The notes beneath the pieces are model-generated. The model searched no databases, was not told where the DNA came from, and worked only from the letters and a program-made list of their open reading frames with translations. From positions 2,650 through 66,649 of the forward strand of contig MGJI01000006.1 in the NCBI GenBank assembly GCA_001794195.1: 64,000 nt of DNA, read 5' to 3'. Positions 46,800-56,948 of this stretch are shown one piece after another; the stretch's first letter is position 1, and each line of letters starts with the position of its first letter. A program made the position numbers and the translations under genes. This stretch comes from Candidatus Yanofskybacteria bacterium RIFCSPHIGHO2_01_FULL_44_17 (GTDB lineage Bacteria; Patescibacteriota; Minisyncoccia; 2-02-FULL-40-12; IGHO2-01-FULL-4-A).

Positions 46800-47498
46800 T
46801 TAAATTTTTCCCCTCATTTCATCCAAATATTTAAACACCTTTTTTGCGTCTGGGAAATCAGGGTCAGGACTTTGAATTTCTTGTATTTCAGGTGATCCCT
46901 CGAATTCGCTTGGGGTTTTGAGGTAGTCGGCTATTTCGCGTATGCTGATGGTATTTCTGGCGCCAACTTCTTTTATTCCGCCTAGATCTAGATGAGAGGC
47001 GATATAGTCTCCGATAAAATCAGTGCTGGCGAATGGATATCTGCTTTCTCCTGCAACATGCGTTTTCTGACCTTTTAGTATGTCAATTAAAACACCCTTT
47101 TTCAGCCCATCTCCGAACATTGAACTAAGGCGTATAACAAGATTGTCGCCGTGGTTACATAATGTTTCCGCGAGCAGTTTGTGCCTTCCGTAAATTGTGT
47201 CCGGCTGATACCTGACTGATACGGTGCTTATTTGAACAAATTTATCGAAGGTGCAGCCGTATAGTATGTTGGCAGTTTTCTGGACGGTTTCAACAAAGTC
47301 TTTATCCGGATTATTATTTGCCCAAAATCTTGCCCCCGGCATGGCTGCGTTTATTACTATGTTGTAAAACTTGCCGATGCTCGAAGGGTAATTATCGCGG
47401 GTAACAGGAATAACCCGGTATTTTCCGGCTGTAAGTAGGGACGAGTAAATTTTACTTCCAACGAATCCGTTGGCACCGAATACCGCCACCGTCAGCAT
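46800..47498 (-). CDS. NAD-dependent sugar epimerase/reductase
   Basis: VFGANGFVG, ISTVSV, YGRHK. Confidence 0.85.
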   Translation of the reverse strand: MLTVAVFGANGFVGSKIYSSLLTAGKYRVIPVTRDNYPSSIGKFYNIVINAAMPGARFWANNNPDKDFVETVQKTANILYGCTFDKFVQISTVSVRYQPDTIYGRHKLLAETLCNHGDNLVIRLSSMFGDGLKKGVLIDILKGQKTHVAGESRYPFASTDFIGDYIASHLDLGGIKEVGARNTISIREIADYLKTPSEFEGSPEIQEIQSPDPDFPDAKKVFKYLDEMRGKI

Positions 47499-47499
47499 G

Positions 47500-47973
47500 T
47501 TATTTTATTAGTAAGCCCTTTTTAGATAATTTTTTAGATTTTTTGTCCTCAAATATACTTTCCCTGACGATAGGAACCTTGCAGTCGTCCCAGGGCTTGG
47601 TAAGCAGTGCGATTACGGTCATATTGGTAATGGCATAAATCGCGTGAGTAATTCCTGGTGGAGTTCTGACACAAGAGCCTTTACTAAGATGAATTATCCT
47701 CTCTTCCTTGCTTTTTTTGTCGCGGGTAACGGCGATTCCTTGGCCCTCAACTATTAGAGAATATTCTACGAATTCTGGATGATAGTGATTACCTCGTGTT
47801 GCTCCGGGAGTAAAATATAATAAATTAAACTCTTTGATAGCGTCTTGCGGAACCCAAGTAAAAATACCCCCTCGGCCATCTTTGACCGTGTCTACGTTAC
47901 AGGTCGGGAAGAAAGCCTCCATTTTTTCATTGGAGAGTTTAATTATTTTGGCCTTTTTAGGCATTTTAATCAT
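47500..47973 (-). CDS. Cupin, WxcM/FdtA-like sugar isomerase
   Basis: DGRG, RGNHYH..E, PPGITHAI. Confidence 0.82.
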   Translation of the reverse strand: MIKMPKKAKIIKLSNEKMEAFFPTCNVDTVKDGRGGIFTWVPQDAIKEFNLLYFTPGATRGNHYHPEFVEYSLIVEGQGIAVTRDKKSKEERIIHLSKGSCVRTPPGITHAIYAITNMTVIALLTKPWDDCKVPIVRESIFEDKKSKKLSKKGLLIK

Positions 47974-48051
47974 GTAATGAAGTATAAATCTTTTTCAGCC
48001 ATAAATACAAGCCAGTGTTGTTTTTTGGCATAAGGCTGTTAATCTTAAGAA

Positions 48052-49782
48052 GTGCGTGAAAAAACAAGCGGTTTTTCTTCTTTGGCCGAAGAAACAAAAG
48101 GAAAAATATCGGAGCGTCAGCGTCTATTTAGTTTTGCTGTGGCAATTTTTTTATTTGCTCTAACAATAAGATTAGTATACATAAATTTTGGGCTTTCAGT
48201 CGAAAATCTTATAAGCGATGAATATTACGGCCATCGTTTTGTAACAACCGTTGCTTCAGGTGAAAACCCTTTTGACCGCATGATAAGTTATTATCCTGGC
48301 GGTTCTGTTTTGTTCGAGTCGCCGTTTTTAATTTTATCCGGTTTGTACGCGGTACTCGATTCGAAGTCTCTAAATACGGAGATTCTTAAAAAGTACATTC
48401 TGACTGAAAGTCCGGGATTGTTTATTTTAGCATCACGGGTAGCGTCCGCGGTGGCTGGTGCGGGCATTGCAGTACTTGCATTTTTTATAGCATTTATCCT
48501 TCTTGGAAAAAGAAAAGAGTCTCTTCTTGTGGCAAGCTTCGTTGCAATTGATGTACTGGGCGTTAGTTACAGCCATTGGGCCAAGCCGCATATTGTCATG
48601 AACTTTTTGGGTTTGGGTGCCCTGCTGTTGTCAATAATTTTCGACCAAACTAAGAAAACAAAATTTCTTTGGTGGTCGGCTTTTCTCGCCGCGGCAGGTC
48701 TCGGTACCCATATGCCGGGGTTGCCCTATTTATTTTTCCCTGTTTTGGCATGGTTCCGTAACCGTAGTTGGGTGCCAGCCAGAACCGTCCTCTCCGTATT
48801 AGGACTAGGCACGCTTACCACGCTCTCTTTTTATGCTTTTAATGCTCCGGGAACTATTCAAATGCTCCGCAACTCACTTGCAGGATTCCGTGACGTGGGG
48901 GCGCTCGCAGAGGCCGCTCCGGCTATGGGCCTCGAGCGATTCTTTTTTCCTTTTACAAATCTTTGGGAACTTGAGCCGTCTCTTGTTGTTTTGAGTCTGT
49001 TGGCGGTTGTTTTACTTGTCATTTCCAAACCATTCAAAATCAACTACTTCTTTTATGTTTTAGTAGGCACTGCAATCTCATACACCGAGCTCATCACCGT
49101 TGCCGCAATGCCTCATGTTTCCCGCTGGCTTATTCCATGGTCGCTTTTTCTTACTTTATTTTCTATTATCGTCATTCTTAGGAGGGCTAGAGACGCTAGT
49201 AAGATTGTCCGTGCTGCCCTTTATTCGGTAGTTGCTCTTGCATTATTGTGGAACGGTATCCAAACCGGACGCTGGCTCACGCTTCTAAAAACAACCACTT
49301 TTGAAGAGGCGAGAGTGTGGGTTATGGAACAGCGTTCCGAAACTAGAATTTTGGGTACGGAACTTGATCTTAATCTACCGCTAACGCAACAAACAGCCAG
49401 GTTGCTGATTAAAAAATACATCGATAGCAGCAATTCTCCGCGGAAAGATTTTAGTTTCTATGTTTCCGAGCCGCAAGGCAAAGAAGCCCGCTTTAACTAT
49501 GTATTCAATCAGTATCAAGATGCCCCGGAAATTCTTTGTGATTCTTCCGAGTCGATTCTAAAATTTGATTACATAATTTTCCCTTACGTGACATTGGAAG
49601 AAAGAGAGGCGCTGATTAATTGTATTAAAAAGCAAGCCCCCAAGGCATATCTTGTAAAAAACTTTGGTCCGCCGGATGATCAATTGCCGGTGCTGAGAGA
49701 GTTTGACAACCCCACTTCGTGGCGTTCGTGGTGGCAAGTAGGAGTATTTGGTAAAAAAATTGCTGTGATTGCGCCTCATTAA
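48052..49782 (+). CDS. GT-C (ArnT/PMT-like) membrane glycosyltransferase
   Basis: SDE after TM1, YYPGG, ASRVASA, many TM helices; start uncertain. Confidence 0.75.
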   Translation: MREKTSGFSSLAEETKGKISERQRLFSFAVAIFLFALTIRLVYINFGLSVENLISDEYYGHRFVTTVASGENPFDRMISYYPGGSVLFESPFLILSGLYAVLDSKSLNTEILKKYILTESPGLFILASRVASAVAGAGIAVLAFFIAFILLGKRKESLLVASFVAIDVLGVSYSHWAKPHIVMNFLGLGALLLSIIFDQTKKTKFLWWSAFLAAAGLGTHMPGLPYLFFPVLAWFRNRSWVPARTVLSVLGLGTLTTLSFYAFNAPGTIQMLRNSLAGFRDVGALAEAAPAMGLERFFFPFTNLWELEPSLVVLSLLAVVLLVISKPFKINYFFYVLVGTAISYTELITVAAMPHVSRWLIPWSLFLTLFSIIVILRRARDASKIVRAALYSVVALALLWNGIQTGRWLTLLKTTTFEEARVWVMEQRSETRILGTELDLNLPLTQQTARLLIKKYIDSSNSPRKDFSFYVSEPQGKEARFNYVFNQYQDAPEILCDSSESILKFDYIIFPYVTLEEREALINCIKKQAPKAYLVKNFGPPDDQLPVLREFDNPTSWRSWWQVGVFGKKIAVIAPH

Positions 49783-49784
49783 TC

Positions 49785-50516
49785 ATGGAAAGAGATATTT
49801 ATTCAAAACTCATTGCTATTGTGCCGACATACAATGAACGGCAGACGATAGGCCTTTTGGTCAGAGCTTTTTTTGACGTTCTGCCGTCGGCTTCTATGCT
49901 TGTGGTGGATGATAATTCTCCGGACAAAACAACGGAAGAGGTTGCCAGCTTGAAAAATGAGTTTCCTCGACTGGATTTTTTACTAAGAACTAGCGATAGG
50001 GGATTTGGCAGGTCTTACCGAGATGCTTTGATTAAACTCGTTGGCGACGATCGTTACGATACAGTAGTCATGATGGATGCCGATTTTTCACACGATCCGA
50101 AATATATTCCGGGTATGTTTGATAAGTTGTCGCAATGCAAATGCAAGGTTGTAACTGGTTCAAGATATGTAAGTGGTGGAGGAGCTGAGGGCTGGGGCTG
50201 GAAGAGGGTTTTGTTGAGTCATTTAGCAAGTTTCTATCTCCGCTTAATACTCGGCGTGCCGGTGAGGGATGTAACTTCCGGTTTTTTTGTTTTTAATAAG
50301 AGCGTATTGGCCTCGATAGATTTAGTCTCGCTTCATTCAATGGGCACAGCCATTTTGGTGGAACTAAAATACAAACTTTTCAAAGCTGGCCACAAGATTT
50401 ATGAATATCCGATTGTTGTTGTTGATAGGACGCAAGGCCAGTCTAAAATATCCAAGAAACTTATTTGGGAATCTCTCAAGCTACCACTTAAATTAAGATT
50501 TTCACGTCTTAAGTAA
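49785..50516 (+). CDS. Polyprenol-monophosphomannose synthase-like GT2
   Basis: PTYNE, DDNSPD, MDADFSHDP, GSRY, DVTSGF. Confidence 0.92.
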   Translation: MERDIYSKLIAIVPTYNERQTIGLLVRAFFDVLPSASMLVVDDNSPDKTTEEVASLKNEFPRLDFLLRTSDRGFGRSYRDALIKLVGDDRYDTVVMMDADFSHDPKYIPGMFDKLSQCKCKVVTGSRYVSGGGAEGWGWKRVLLSHLASFYLRLILGVPVRDVTSGFFVFNKSVLASIDLVSLHSMGTAILVELKYKLFKAGHKIYEYPIVVVDRTQGQSKISKKLIWESLKLPLKLRFSRLK

Positions 50517-50574
50517 AAGTTAAATAATTCTTGACTTTTTTAATGAGCCACAGTAATGTTTTTGTAACAATCGT

Positions 50575-51327
50575 ATGGAAATTTATTCACTAATACAGGC
50601 CCGAGGCGGATCCAAGGGTGTTCCTAAAAAAAACCTTAAGCTTTTGGGTGGTTACCCGTTGATCGCATATTCTGTTATGGCCTCTAAGCTTAGCAAGCAC
50701 ATCAAAAGAACCATAGTTTCTACTGATTCGCCGGAAATAGCGGAAGTAGCTAAGAAATACGGTGCTGAAATACCATTTTTGCGTCCGGCAGAATTTGCCC
50801 AAGATCGTTCAACTGATCTTGACGTTTTTGCTCATACTGTTGAGTGGTTAGATAAAAAAGAGGGCAAGCTTCCAGATTTTTTAGTTCAATTTAGACCCAC
50901 GACACCGTTGCGAGAGCCTGTGTTAATCGACGAGGCCATCGAAAAAATTATGGCTAACCCCGGAGCAACCTCTTTACGCTCAGCGCATAAGTTGGCTGAA
51001 CCGCCGCATAAAATGTTACAAATTAGCACTGCCGGTTTTTGGACGGGATTCTTTCCAAATGATCCACGGCCCGAGTATTATAACTTGCCGCGTCAGACGT
51101 TCCCCGATGCCTACCACCCGAATGGTTACGTTGATATTGTAAGGCCGGATTTTATTAAAAATAATCCTGGCTTATTTCTTGGTTCTGTGGTTTTGGCATT
51201 CAATACCCCGTTTACTGTAGAGATTGACCGTCCGGAAGATTTTGAATATTTGGAATATAGTTTTCAAAAACAGCCAAGTCCGTTGCACGAGCATCTTATA
51301 AAAAACTTTCCGAAAGAAAAAGAGTAG
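50575..51327 (+). CDS. neuA: Acylneuraminate cytidylyltransferase
   Basis: ARGGSKGVPKKN, VSTDS, PFLRPAEFAQD, RPTTPLR, PRQ, EIDRPED. Confidence 0.92.
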   Translation: MEIYSLIQARGGSKGVPKKNLKLLGGYPLIAYSVMASKLSKHIKRTIVSTDSPEIAEVAKKYGAEIPFLRPAEFAQDRSTDLDVFAHTVEWLDKKEGKLPDFLVQFRPTTPLREPVLIDEAIEKIMANPGATSLRSAHKLAEPPHKMLQISTAGFWTGFFPNDPRPEYYNLPRQTFPDAYHPNGYVDIVRPDFIKNNPGLFLGSVVLAFNTPFTVEIDRPEDFEYLEYSFQKQPSPLHEHLIKNFPKEKE

Positions 51328-51395
51328 CCGCAACAAATTTTTAGTTATCTGCTAGTGTCTAGTCTAGCAATTTTAAAAATAAAGGAATACAAATT

Positions 51396-52403
51396 ATGCC
51401 ATTACTAAACTGGCTCTGGCCTATTTCATCCGGGGCTTGCGATGCATCTGCCCGTATTGCAATTAAAAAAACCGACGCCCATGGGCTTGTACTTAACGGG
51501 ATTGGGTTATTGATTGGTTTCCCGGTTTTTCTTGTTTGGCTTTGGATTGTCGGAATGCCAGAAATAAAACCACAATTTTGGAATGCCGTAATTTGGCATG
51601 TTCCGATGTATGTTGCCATCCTGATTTGTACCGTTGAAGCTCATAGAGCGGGTACAATGCTAAAGACAATGCCGTTTGCAAGCCTGACTCCTGTTTTTTT
51701 GCTAATTACCAGTCCGATGATGGGGGGCGGCAACCCAACTTTTTGGGGAGCGATTGGGATTGCGATCACGGTTGTTGGGTTATACAGTTTGAATATAGAA
51801 AGGGGACAAAAAAATATTTTCGTTCCCCTTAAGCTTATATTTACCGAACGAGCCGCTCAATTTATGTTCGGCGCAACTCTAATTGCCGCATTAAGTGCGA
51901 ATCTCGATAAAACAGCCATATTGAATTCAAGTCCTGCGTTTTATCTTCTCATTGACCACACGGCGGTAGCTTTCATTTTGATAGCACTGATCTTTTTGCG
52001 CTTAGCTATTTCTGGCCAACTTACCTACAAAAACTCAAGATCTGAAATTGTTACCGTTGGATATTCAGATGTGAAAAAACAGATTTTTTCTTTAAAGGAA
52101 TATAACGCTTTTGTTTGGTACGGATTATTTAATGTTTTTACCGGATTGTTTCACAGCATCGGATTGACTTTTCTGCCGCACGTTCCTTATTTTATAACTG
52201 GCAAAAGGGTTGGGGCTATCATTTTTGCTCTTATTTTCGGGTTATCTATGTGGTATTGGGAAAGAGTCGGCAATATCGATCCGAGCAAAAGAAGATTTAG
52301 CCGCGAGGCGGATAATCTTAGTTGGAGATTGGCTGGGACTTTTCTGGTTGTGGTGGGCATGTCAATCGTGATTCTTTACGGCAAAGCCGAGAGTGCTTTA
52401 TAA
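51396..52403 (+). CDS. EamA/DMT family transporter
   Basis: PFASLTPVFL, ANLDK; about 10 TM; paralogue of 33152-34075. Confidence 0.8.
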   Translation: MPLLNWLWPISSGACDASARIAIKKTDAHGLVLNGIGLLIGFPVFLVWLWIVGMPEIKPQFWNAVIWHVPMYVAILICTVEAHRAGTMLKTMPFASLTPVFLLITSPMMGGGNPTFWGAIGIAITVVGLYSLNIERGQKNIFVPLKLIFTERAAQFMFGATLIAALSANLDKTAILNSSPAFYLLIDHTAVAFILIALIFLRLAISGQLTYKNSRSEIVTVGYSDVKKQIFSLKEYNAFVWYGLFNVFTGLFHSIGLTFLPHVPYFITGKRVGAIIFALIFGLSMWYWERVGNIDPSKRRFSREADNLSWRLAGTFLVVVGMSIVILYGKAESAL

Positions 52404-52475
52404 ATAATAGAGCGTCAATTGTGGCGCTTTTTTGTTAGAGTTTACATAATTTTATTTTTAATGTAGTCTTATTCC

Positions 52476-53882
52476 ATGTCGAGCTATCAATTCCATCTTA
52501 CACCTCAAAAAGTCCCACACGTTAAAACAAAGTTTAGGACCATAAAGACAAAAATTCCTGCTCCGGAGACCCTCAGTCTTATTCAGGAAACCAAAAAATA
52601 TGGTCCGAACTTAATGCACGGACAGTTACCGGTTGCCTGGAATAAGGCTATTGATTTTAATGTTTTTGATAAAGCAGGCAATAAATGGATAGATTTTACT
52701 TCAACCATCTTTGTGGCTAATGCCGGTCACGCCAACCCAAGAATTAAGAAGGCCATAAAGGACCAGCTTGATAGTGACCTGCTGCACTCTTACAATTATC
52801 CAACGGAACCGAGAGTAAAATTTTTAAAAAAGCTTCTGCAGATGTCGCCCTCTTTTTGTGAGAAGGGTCTTTTATTTTCTGCCGGAACTGAATCAACAGA
52901 GGCTGCGATTCAGCTAATGAAGATGTACGGACAGCACAAGTTAAAAGACAAAGCCAGAATAGATATTATTTCATTTCAGGGTAATATGCACGGAATTACT
53001 ATGGGAGCGGAAATGATGAAGGGCAACCCCAAAATTTTGGAGGTCTACGGTTTTTCCGATCCACATGTTTATAGATTGCTGTTTCCTTATCCGTGGGAAA
53101 GCGGGGGAGATAAAAAATACGATTGGAAGGCCAGGTTTTATAAAGACATCGAAAACTTGAAGAAAAAAGGAATGAGAATTAATAAGGTATGCGGTTTTAT
53201 GATTGAGGCATATCAAGGCTGGGGCGCCTTATTTTATCCGAAAACCTATATTCAGGAATTAGAAAAATTTGCCAAAAAGAACAAAATTTTAATTACGATT
53301 GATGAAATTCAAGGTTGTTGCGGCCGTACCGGAAAAATGTTCGTTTTTGAACATTACGGTATCAAGCCGGACCTTCTGTGCGTGGGCAAGGGGTTGAGCA
53401 GTAGTTTGCCACTCTCGGCCGTTATCGGCAGAAAGGACATATTAAATCTTCCGGAAATATCCGGTTCTTGGCACAGCACTCATTCCGGAAATCCCGTGTG
53501 TTGCGCTGCGGGACTGGCTAATCTGGAAGAAATTGAGGCCAGAAATTTAGTAAAAGAATCAGCAAGAAAGGGGAAAATACTTTTCGGCGGTCTCGATGAC
53601 ATGAAAAAGAAATATCCTAAATTGATTTCTCACATTTTTGGAAGTGGTTTACTGGCAGCAATTTTATTTAAACATCCTAAAACTGGCCAACCCGAAAGTG
53701 AATTTCCTACTAGAGTTTGTGAGTTAGCCATGCAAAAAGGATTATTGATGGTTCACACTGGTCGTGAATCAATCAAAATCGCTCCGCCTCTTACAATTCA
53801 CGATGCGGCGTTAAGGGAGGGCTTAAAAGTTTTAGAGGAGTCCATAGAAGAAATTATACAAGAAGAAAGTAGCTACCGATAA
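52476..53882 (+). CDS. PLP-dependent aminotransferase class III
   Basis: WIDFTS..VANAGH, GTESTEAA, DEIQG..GRTG, PDLLCVGKGL. Confidence 0.93.
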   Translation: MSSYQFHLTPQKVPHVKTKFRTIKTKIPAPETLSLIQETKKYGPNLMHGQLPVAWNKAIDFNVFDKAGNKWIDFTSTIFVANAGHANPRIKKAIKDQLDSDLLHSYNYPTEPRVKFLKKLLQMSPSFCEKGLLFSAGTESTEAAIQLMKMYGQHKLKDKARIDIISFQGNMHGITMGAEMMKGNPKILEVYGFSDPHVYRLLFPYPWESGGDKKYDWKARFYKDIENLKKKGMRINKVCGFMIEAYQGWGALFYPKTYIQELEKFAKKNKILITIDEIQGCCGRTGKMFVFEHYGIKPDLLCVGKGLSSSLPLSAVIGRKDILNLPEISGSWHSTHSGNPVCCAAGLANLEEIEARNLVKESARKGKILFGGLDDMKKKYPKLISHIFGSGLLAAILFKHPKTGQPESEFPTRVCELAMQKGLLMVHTGRESIKIAPPLTIHDAALREGLKVLEESIEEIIQEESSYR

Positions 53883-53885
53883 AAA

Positions 53886-54824
53886 ATGATTTATTCAAAA
53901 CTGGGTATGACAAATTTAAAAGTTTCGCGTCTTGGTCTTGGTACGGCCGAGATTGGTTTTGCTTATGGTATCGGACCGCGATCTTTGCCTTCGGAAGATG
54001 AGGCCATTAAACTTCTTAACAGCGCGGTTGAACTGGGTATAACATATTTTGATACCGCTAGCCTGTATGGTCTTGCTGAAGAACGGATAGGAAGATCGGG
54101 CATACTTAAAAACCGTGGCGTTGTGGTGGGCACTAAGTGTGGTAACTTTTTAGATAAAAAATTAGATCTATCTCCTGAAGAAATGAAAAAAACCATCGGG
54201 CAAGAGATAGGGGCAAGCTTAAAAAACCTAAAAACCGATCATCTTCAACTGTTGTTATTTCATGGCGGTACCCCAGAGCTTATAATAAATTCTGGTTTAA
54301 TGGACTTTATGCAAAAAATGAAAACCGATGGTACTATCGGGTACATTGGCATTAGCACGCGCGGCGAAGAAGCGCCGATAAAGGCAATTGAAAGTGGCGT
54401 CTTCGATGTCGTCCAGACGGCGTATAGCATTTTAGACCAAAGAATGAGAGAGAATGTTTTGTCTGCGGCAGAGAAAAAAGGCGTAGGCATAATAAATAGA
54501 TCGGTTCTGCTAAAAGGTAGCTTGACCCAGGCTGTTAAATATTTGCCAGCTGGCCTAGAGCTACTTATGCAAAATTCTGCCAAAGCGGAGACTATTGCCG
54601 TAAAAAACGGAATGGATCTGCCAACCTTGGCGATAAGATTTGCGATTTCAAATAGTTCAATTTCAACGTCTCTAGTCGGTACAAACCGGTTGGATAATTT
54701 GAGTAAGTCTGTGGCAGCCGTTGAATCTGGGGCGCTTTCAAATGAAATATTGGCCGAACTTTATGGATTAGGCATTTCTGACCCAAAACAAGTTGACCCC
54801 GCCCTTTGGCCGCCACTCTTGTAA
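53886..54824 (+). CDS. Aldo/keto reductase
   Basis: VSRLGLGT, FDTASLYG.AEERIG, SLKNLKTD, YIGIS. Confidence 0.93.
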   Translation: MIYSKLGMTNLKVSRLGLGTAEIGFAYGIGPRSLPSEDEAIKLLNSAVELGITYFDTASLYGLAEERIGRSGILKNRGVVVGTKCGNFLDKKLDLSPEEMKKTIGQEIGASLKNLKTDHLQLLLFHGGTPELIINSGLMDFMQKMKTDGTIGYIGISTRGEEAPIKAIESGVFDVVQTAYSILDQRMRENVLSAAEKKGVGIINRSVLLKGSLTQAVKYLPAGLELLMQNSAKAETIAVKNGMDLPTLAIRFAISNSSISTSLVGTNRLDNLSKSVAAVESGALSNEILAELYGLGISDPKQVDPALWPPLL

Positions 54825-54935
54825 TAAGCAATACCCGAATAGACCACGGTTTATTGCTGGCTATTGACAATAGCGCTCCCGAATGCCATCTTTTTGATAT
54901 TGTTGTTTTGAAAATTTTAATTTTGGAGGTAGAAA

Positions 54936-55517
54936 GTGGAACAAATAAGTCTGAGCAATTTAGCATGGGGAATTAAGGCGGTTATTTCTGACGTTGATGG
55001 CGTATTTACTGACAATCGTGTTCTTGAAGGGGCGCCCTATAAAGCTAAGTGGCGGAGTTATTACGATGGTCAGGGCGTCTCATTACTTAGGGCTATTGGC
55101 ATTCGTGTTTGCCTGATTACTAATGAGAAAGGTGACTCCGCAAAACACATTGTGGATGTGGTAGAAAAATGGAATAATCTTCCGTCTTCGGAAAAAACTC
55201 CTGGCGATGGCGGTTGGCATCATGTGAAACTATATCCTGGTATGGGCGGAATAAAGAAAGTAATTGCGGCCGAAGAGTGGCTCAAAGAAATTGGGATATC
55301 GTTCGAACACTGCGCTTTCATGGGCGATGATTTAGTAGACGCCCCTCTTTTGCAGAAAGTATCCTTGCGTGCCGCGCCAATTAGTGGTGATCCGGCAATA
55401 AAAAGAATGGCTCATTTTGTATCTGAAAGAGTCGGTGGCATGGGAGCTTTCCGTGATTTCGCTAACTTCATTCTAGAGGCTCGAGGAATTGATCCGCTAT
55501 CCTTGTCGCCGCAATAA
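54936..55517 (+). CDS. KdsC/YrbI-type HAD phosphatase (paralogue 1)
   Basis: DVDGVFTD, DGQG, MGDDLVD, GGMGAFRD. Confidence 0.88.
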   Translation: MEQISLSNLAWGIKAVISDVDGVFTDNRVLEGAPYKAKWRSYYDGQGVSLLRAIGIRVCLITNEKGDSAKHIVDVVEKWNNLPSSEKTPGDGGWHHVKLYPGMGGIKKVIAAEEWLKEIGISFEHCAFMGDDLVDAPLLQKVSLRAAPISGDPAIKRMAHFVSERVGGMGAFRDFANFILEARGIDPLSLSPQ

Positions 55518-55522
55518 AATTA

Positions 55523-55545
55523 AAAACCCTGGGTTTCAGGGTTTT
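55523..55545. terminator. Bidirectional terminator
   Basis: aaaaccctg-ggttt-cagggtttt between convergent genes. Confidence 0.65.
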
Positions 55546-55550
55546 GTTTT

Positions 55551-56285
55551 TTATAATTTGCATGCTTGATTCAGTATCATTACTGCCTCATCCGATCTTC
55601 TTTGGTGCTCTTCGGTGCCAATCGGCATTTCTCCTCGTAGAAATAATAATATCTCTTGGCGTTGTTTTTCTAGCGCATGAGGTGATTCGTCAGACGTATT
55701 TATGTAAAGAGGCGTGTAGTGAACGGGCGGAATCTCTATTTGTTTGGCGCCGCGCAGAAAGCCTTCAGAATCAAATACACTGGCATTAGATTTATTTCCG
55801 GAGACTTCTAATTCGCGTAGGCGATATTGGATTCTTCGTCTCACAGTTTCTAGGTTACAGTAAAGGTAAATACAGCGAAAATCTATTTTTATGGATTGCT
55901 TAGATGGTGGCAGGTCATCCCTGTTGGCCTCCTCTTTCTCGATAGTTTGCAAATACCAATTTGCGCTGTCGATCATTTCAACGAATGGTTTTTGGTGGGC
56001 CTCTCTGGTAAGCATTACCGATTCAAGAAACATGGCCGGTGGCCGTTCAATAATCAGCCTCCTTTTTACTTCAAATCTTGTTGCCTCATTCTTAAAAATA
56101 TGTTCGGTTTTTGTAATGTCAGTATCGCTCTTGTTTCCCCAAAGAAGTTTGCGGATGTCGTCCATGGCTACCGTTTGGGCATTTTGGAATTCAGAAAGAC
56201 CCATTGCCCAATTTCTGAAAAAAGATTTACCGCTAAAAACCAGTCCCGAAAAAACCACAACCAATAAGCGGTTGTTACCTTCCAT
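55551..56285 (-). CDS. P-loop kinase (NMP/gluconate-kinase-like fold)
   Basis: SGLVFSGKS, DDIR, LYC..ETVRRRI..R, INTS. Confidence 0.75.
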   Translation of the reverse strand: MEGNNRLLVVVFSGLVFSGKSFFRNWAMGLSEFQNAQTVAMDDIRKLLWGNKSDTDITKTEHIFKNEATRFEVKRRLIIERPPAMFLESVMLTREAHQKPFVEMIDSANWYLQTIEKEEANRDDLPPSKQSIKIDFRCIYLYCNLETVRRRIQYRLRELEVSGNKSNASVFDSEGFLRGAKQIEIPPVHYTPLYINTSDESPHALEKQRQEILLFLRGEMPIGTEEHQRRSDEAVMILNQACKL

Positions 56286-56948
56286 CTACTGCCTCCTTTT
56301 GCGTGTTAAGATATAGGATCTAATGACCTGCTCACGCGCAAAATCTGCTTGTGGAGATTCGTCCGAGGTATCTATTTTTACAAAAGGATAGTAATTACCC
56401 GGTGGCTCAAATCCATGTTGTCCTTTGCGAAATTCAGAAATCGTAACCAAACCTCCCCCGGTTTGATCTAAGCCCTTCCTGCGACTTGTCAGGCGTTTAA
56501 TACTGGTGGCTTCATCGCAGGTCATCCAGAACACGCTTAAATTGATATTGACCAGCTTAAATTCAATAGCTTCCAGTGGTATTCTTGATTGACGCGCTTT
56601 TTGTTCGCGCAACTTTCTGCACATAAGAAGTTCGGTTTCCGAAATCATGCGCATGAACGGTAGTTGATGGGCACTTTGTGTAAGCATGGTCATATTGGCT
56701 ATCACGACATCGACACCGTTAATTATGAATTGTTTTTTGATTTCTAGTAGAGTTATTTCGTTCTTAAGCAGATGATCGGCATCAGTCATATCTTCACTTT
56801 TGCCCCAATATTGCTTGCGGGCCTGAGAGATACCAATGAAAACAACTTTTTGGCTGGGACGTTCGGATCTGTATATCTCTGCTACCTTGTTAGCCCAAAA
56901 GTCCTTTCCGCTAGTACCAAGTCCGCAAAAAAGAACCACTTGTTTCAT
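56286..56948 (-). CDS. P-loop kinase, tandem paralogue
   Basis: CGLGTSGKD, CDEATSIKRL..R, IDTSDESP; SD GGAGGAG and TTGACA-17-TATTAT (57020-56992) support the start at 56948. Confidence 0.75.
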   Translation of the reverse strand: MKQVVLFCGLGTSGKDFWANKVAEIYRSERPSQKVVFIGISQARKQYWGKSEDMTDADHLLKNEITLLEIKKQFIINGVDVVIANMTMLTQSAHQLPFMRMISETELLMCRKLREQKARQSRIPLEAIEFKLVNINLSVFWMTCDEATSIKRLTSRRKGLDQTGGGLVTISEFRKGQHGFEPPGNYYPFVKIDTSDESPQADFAREQVIRSYILTRKRRQ

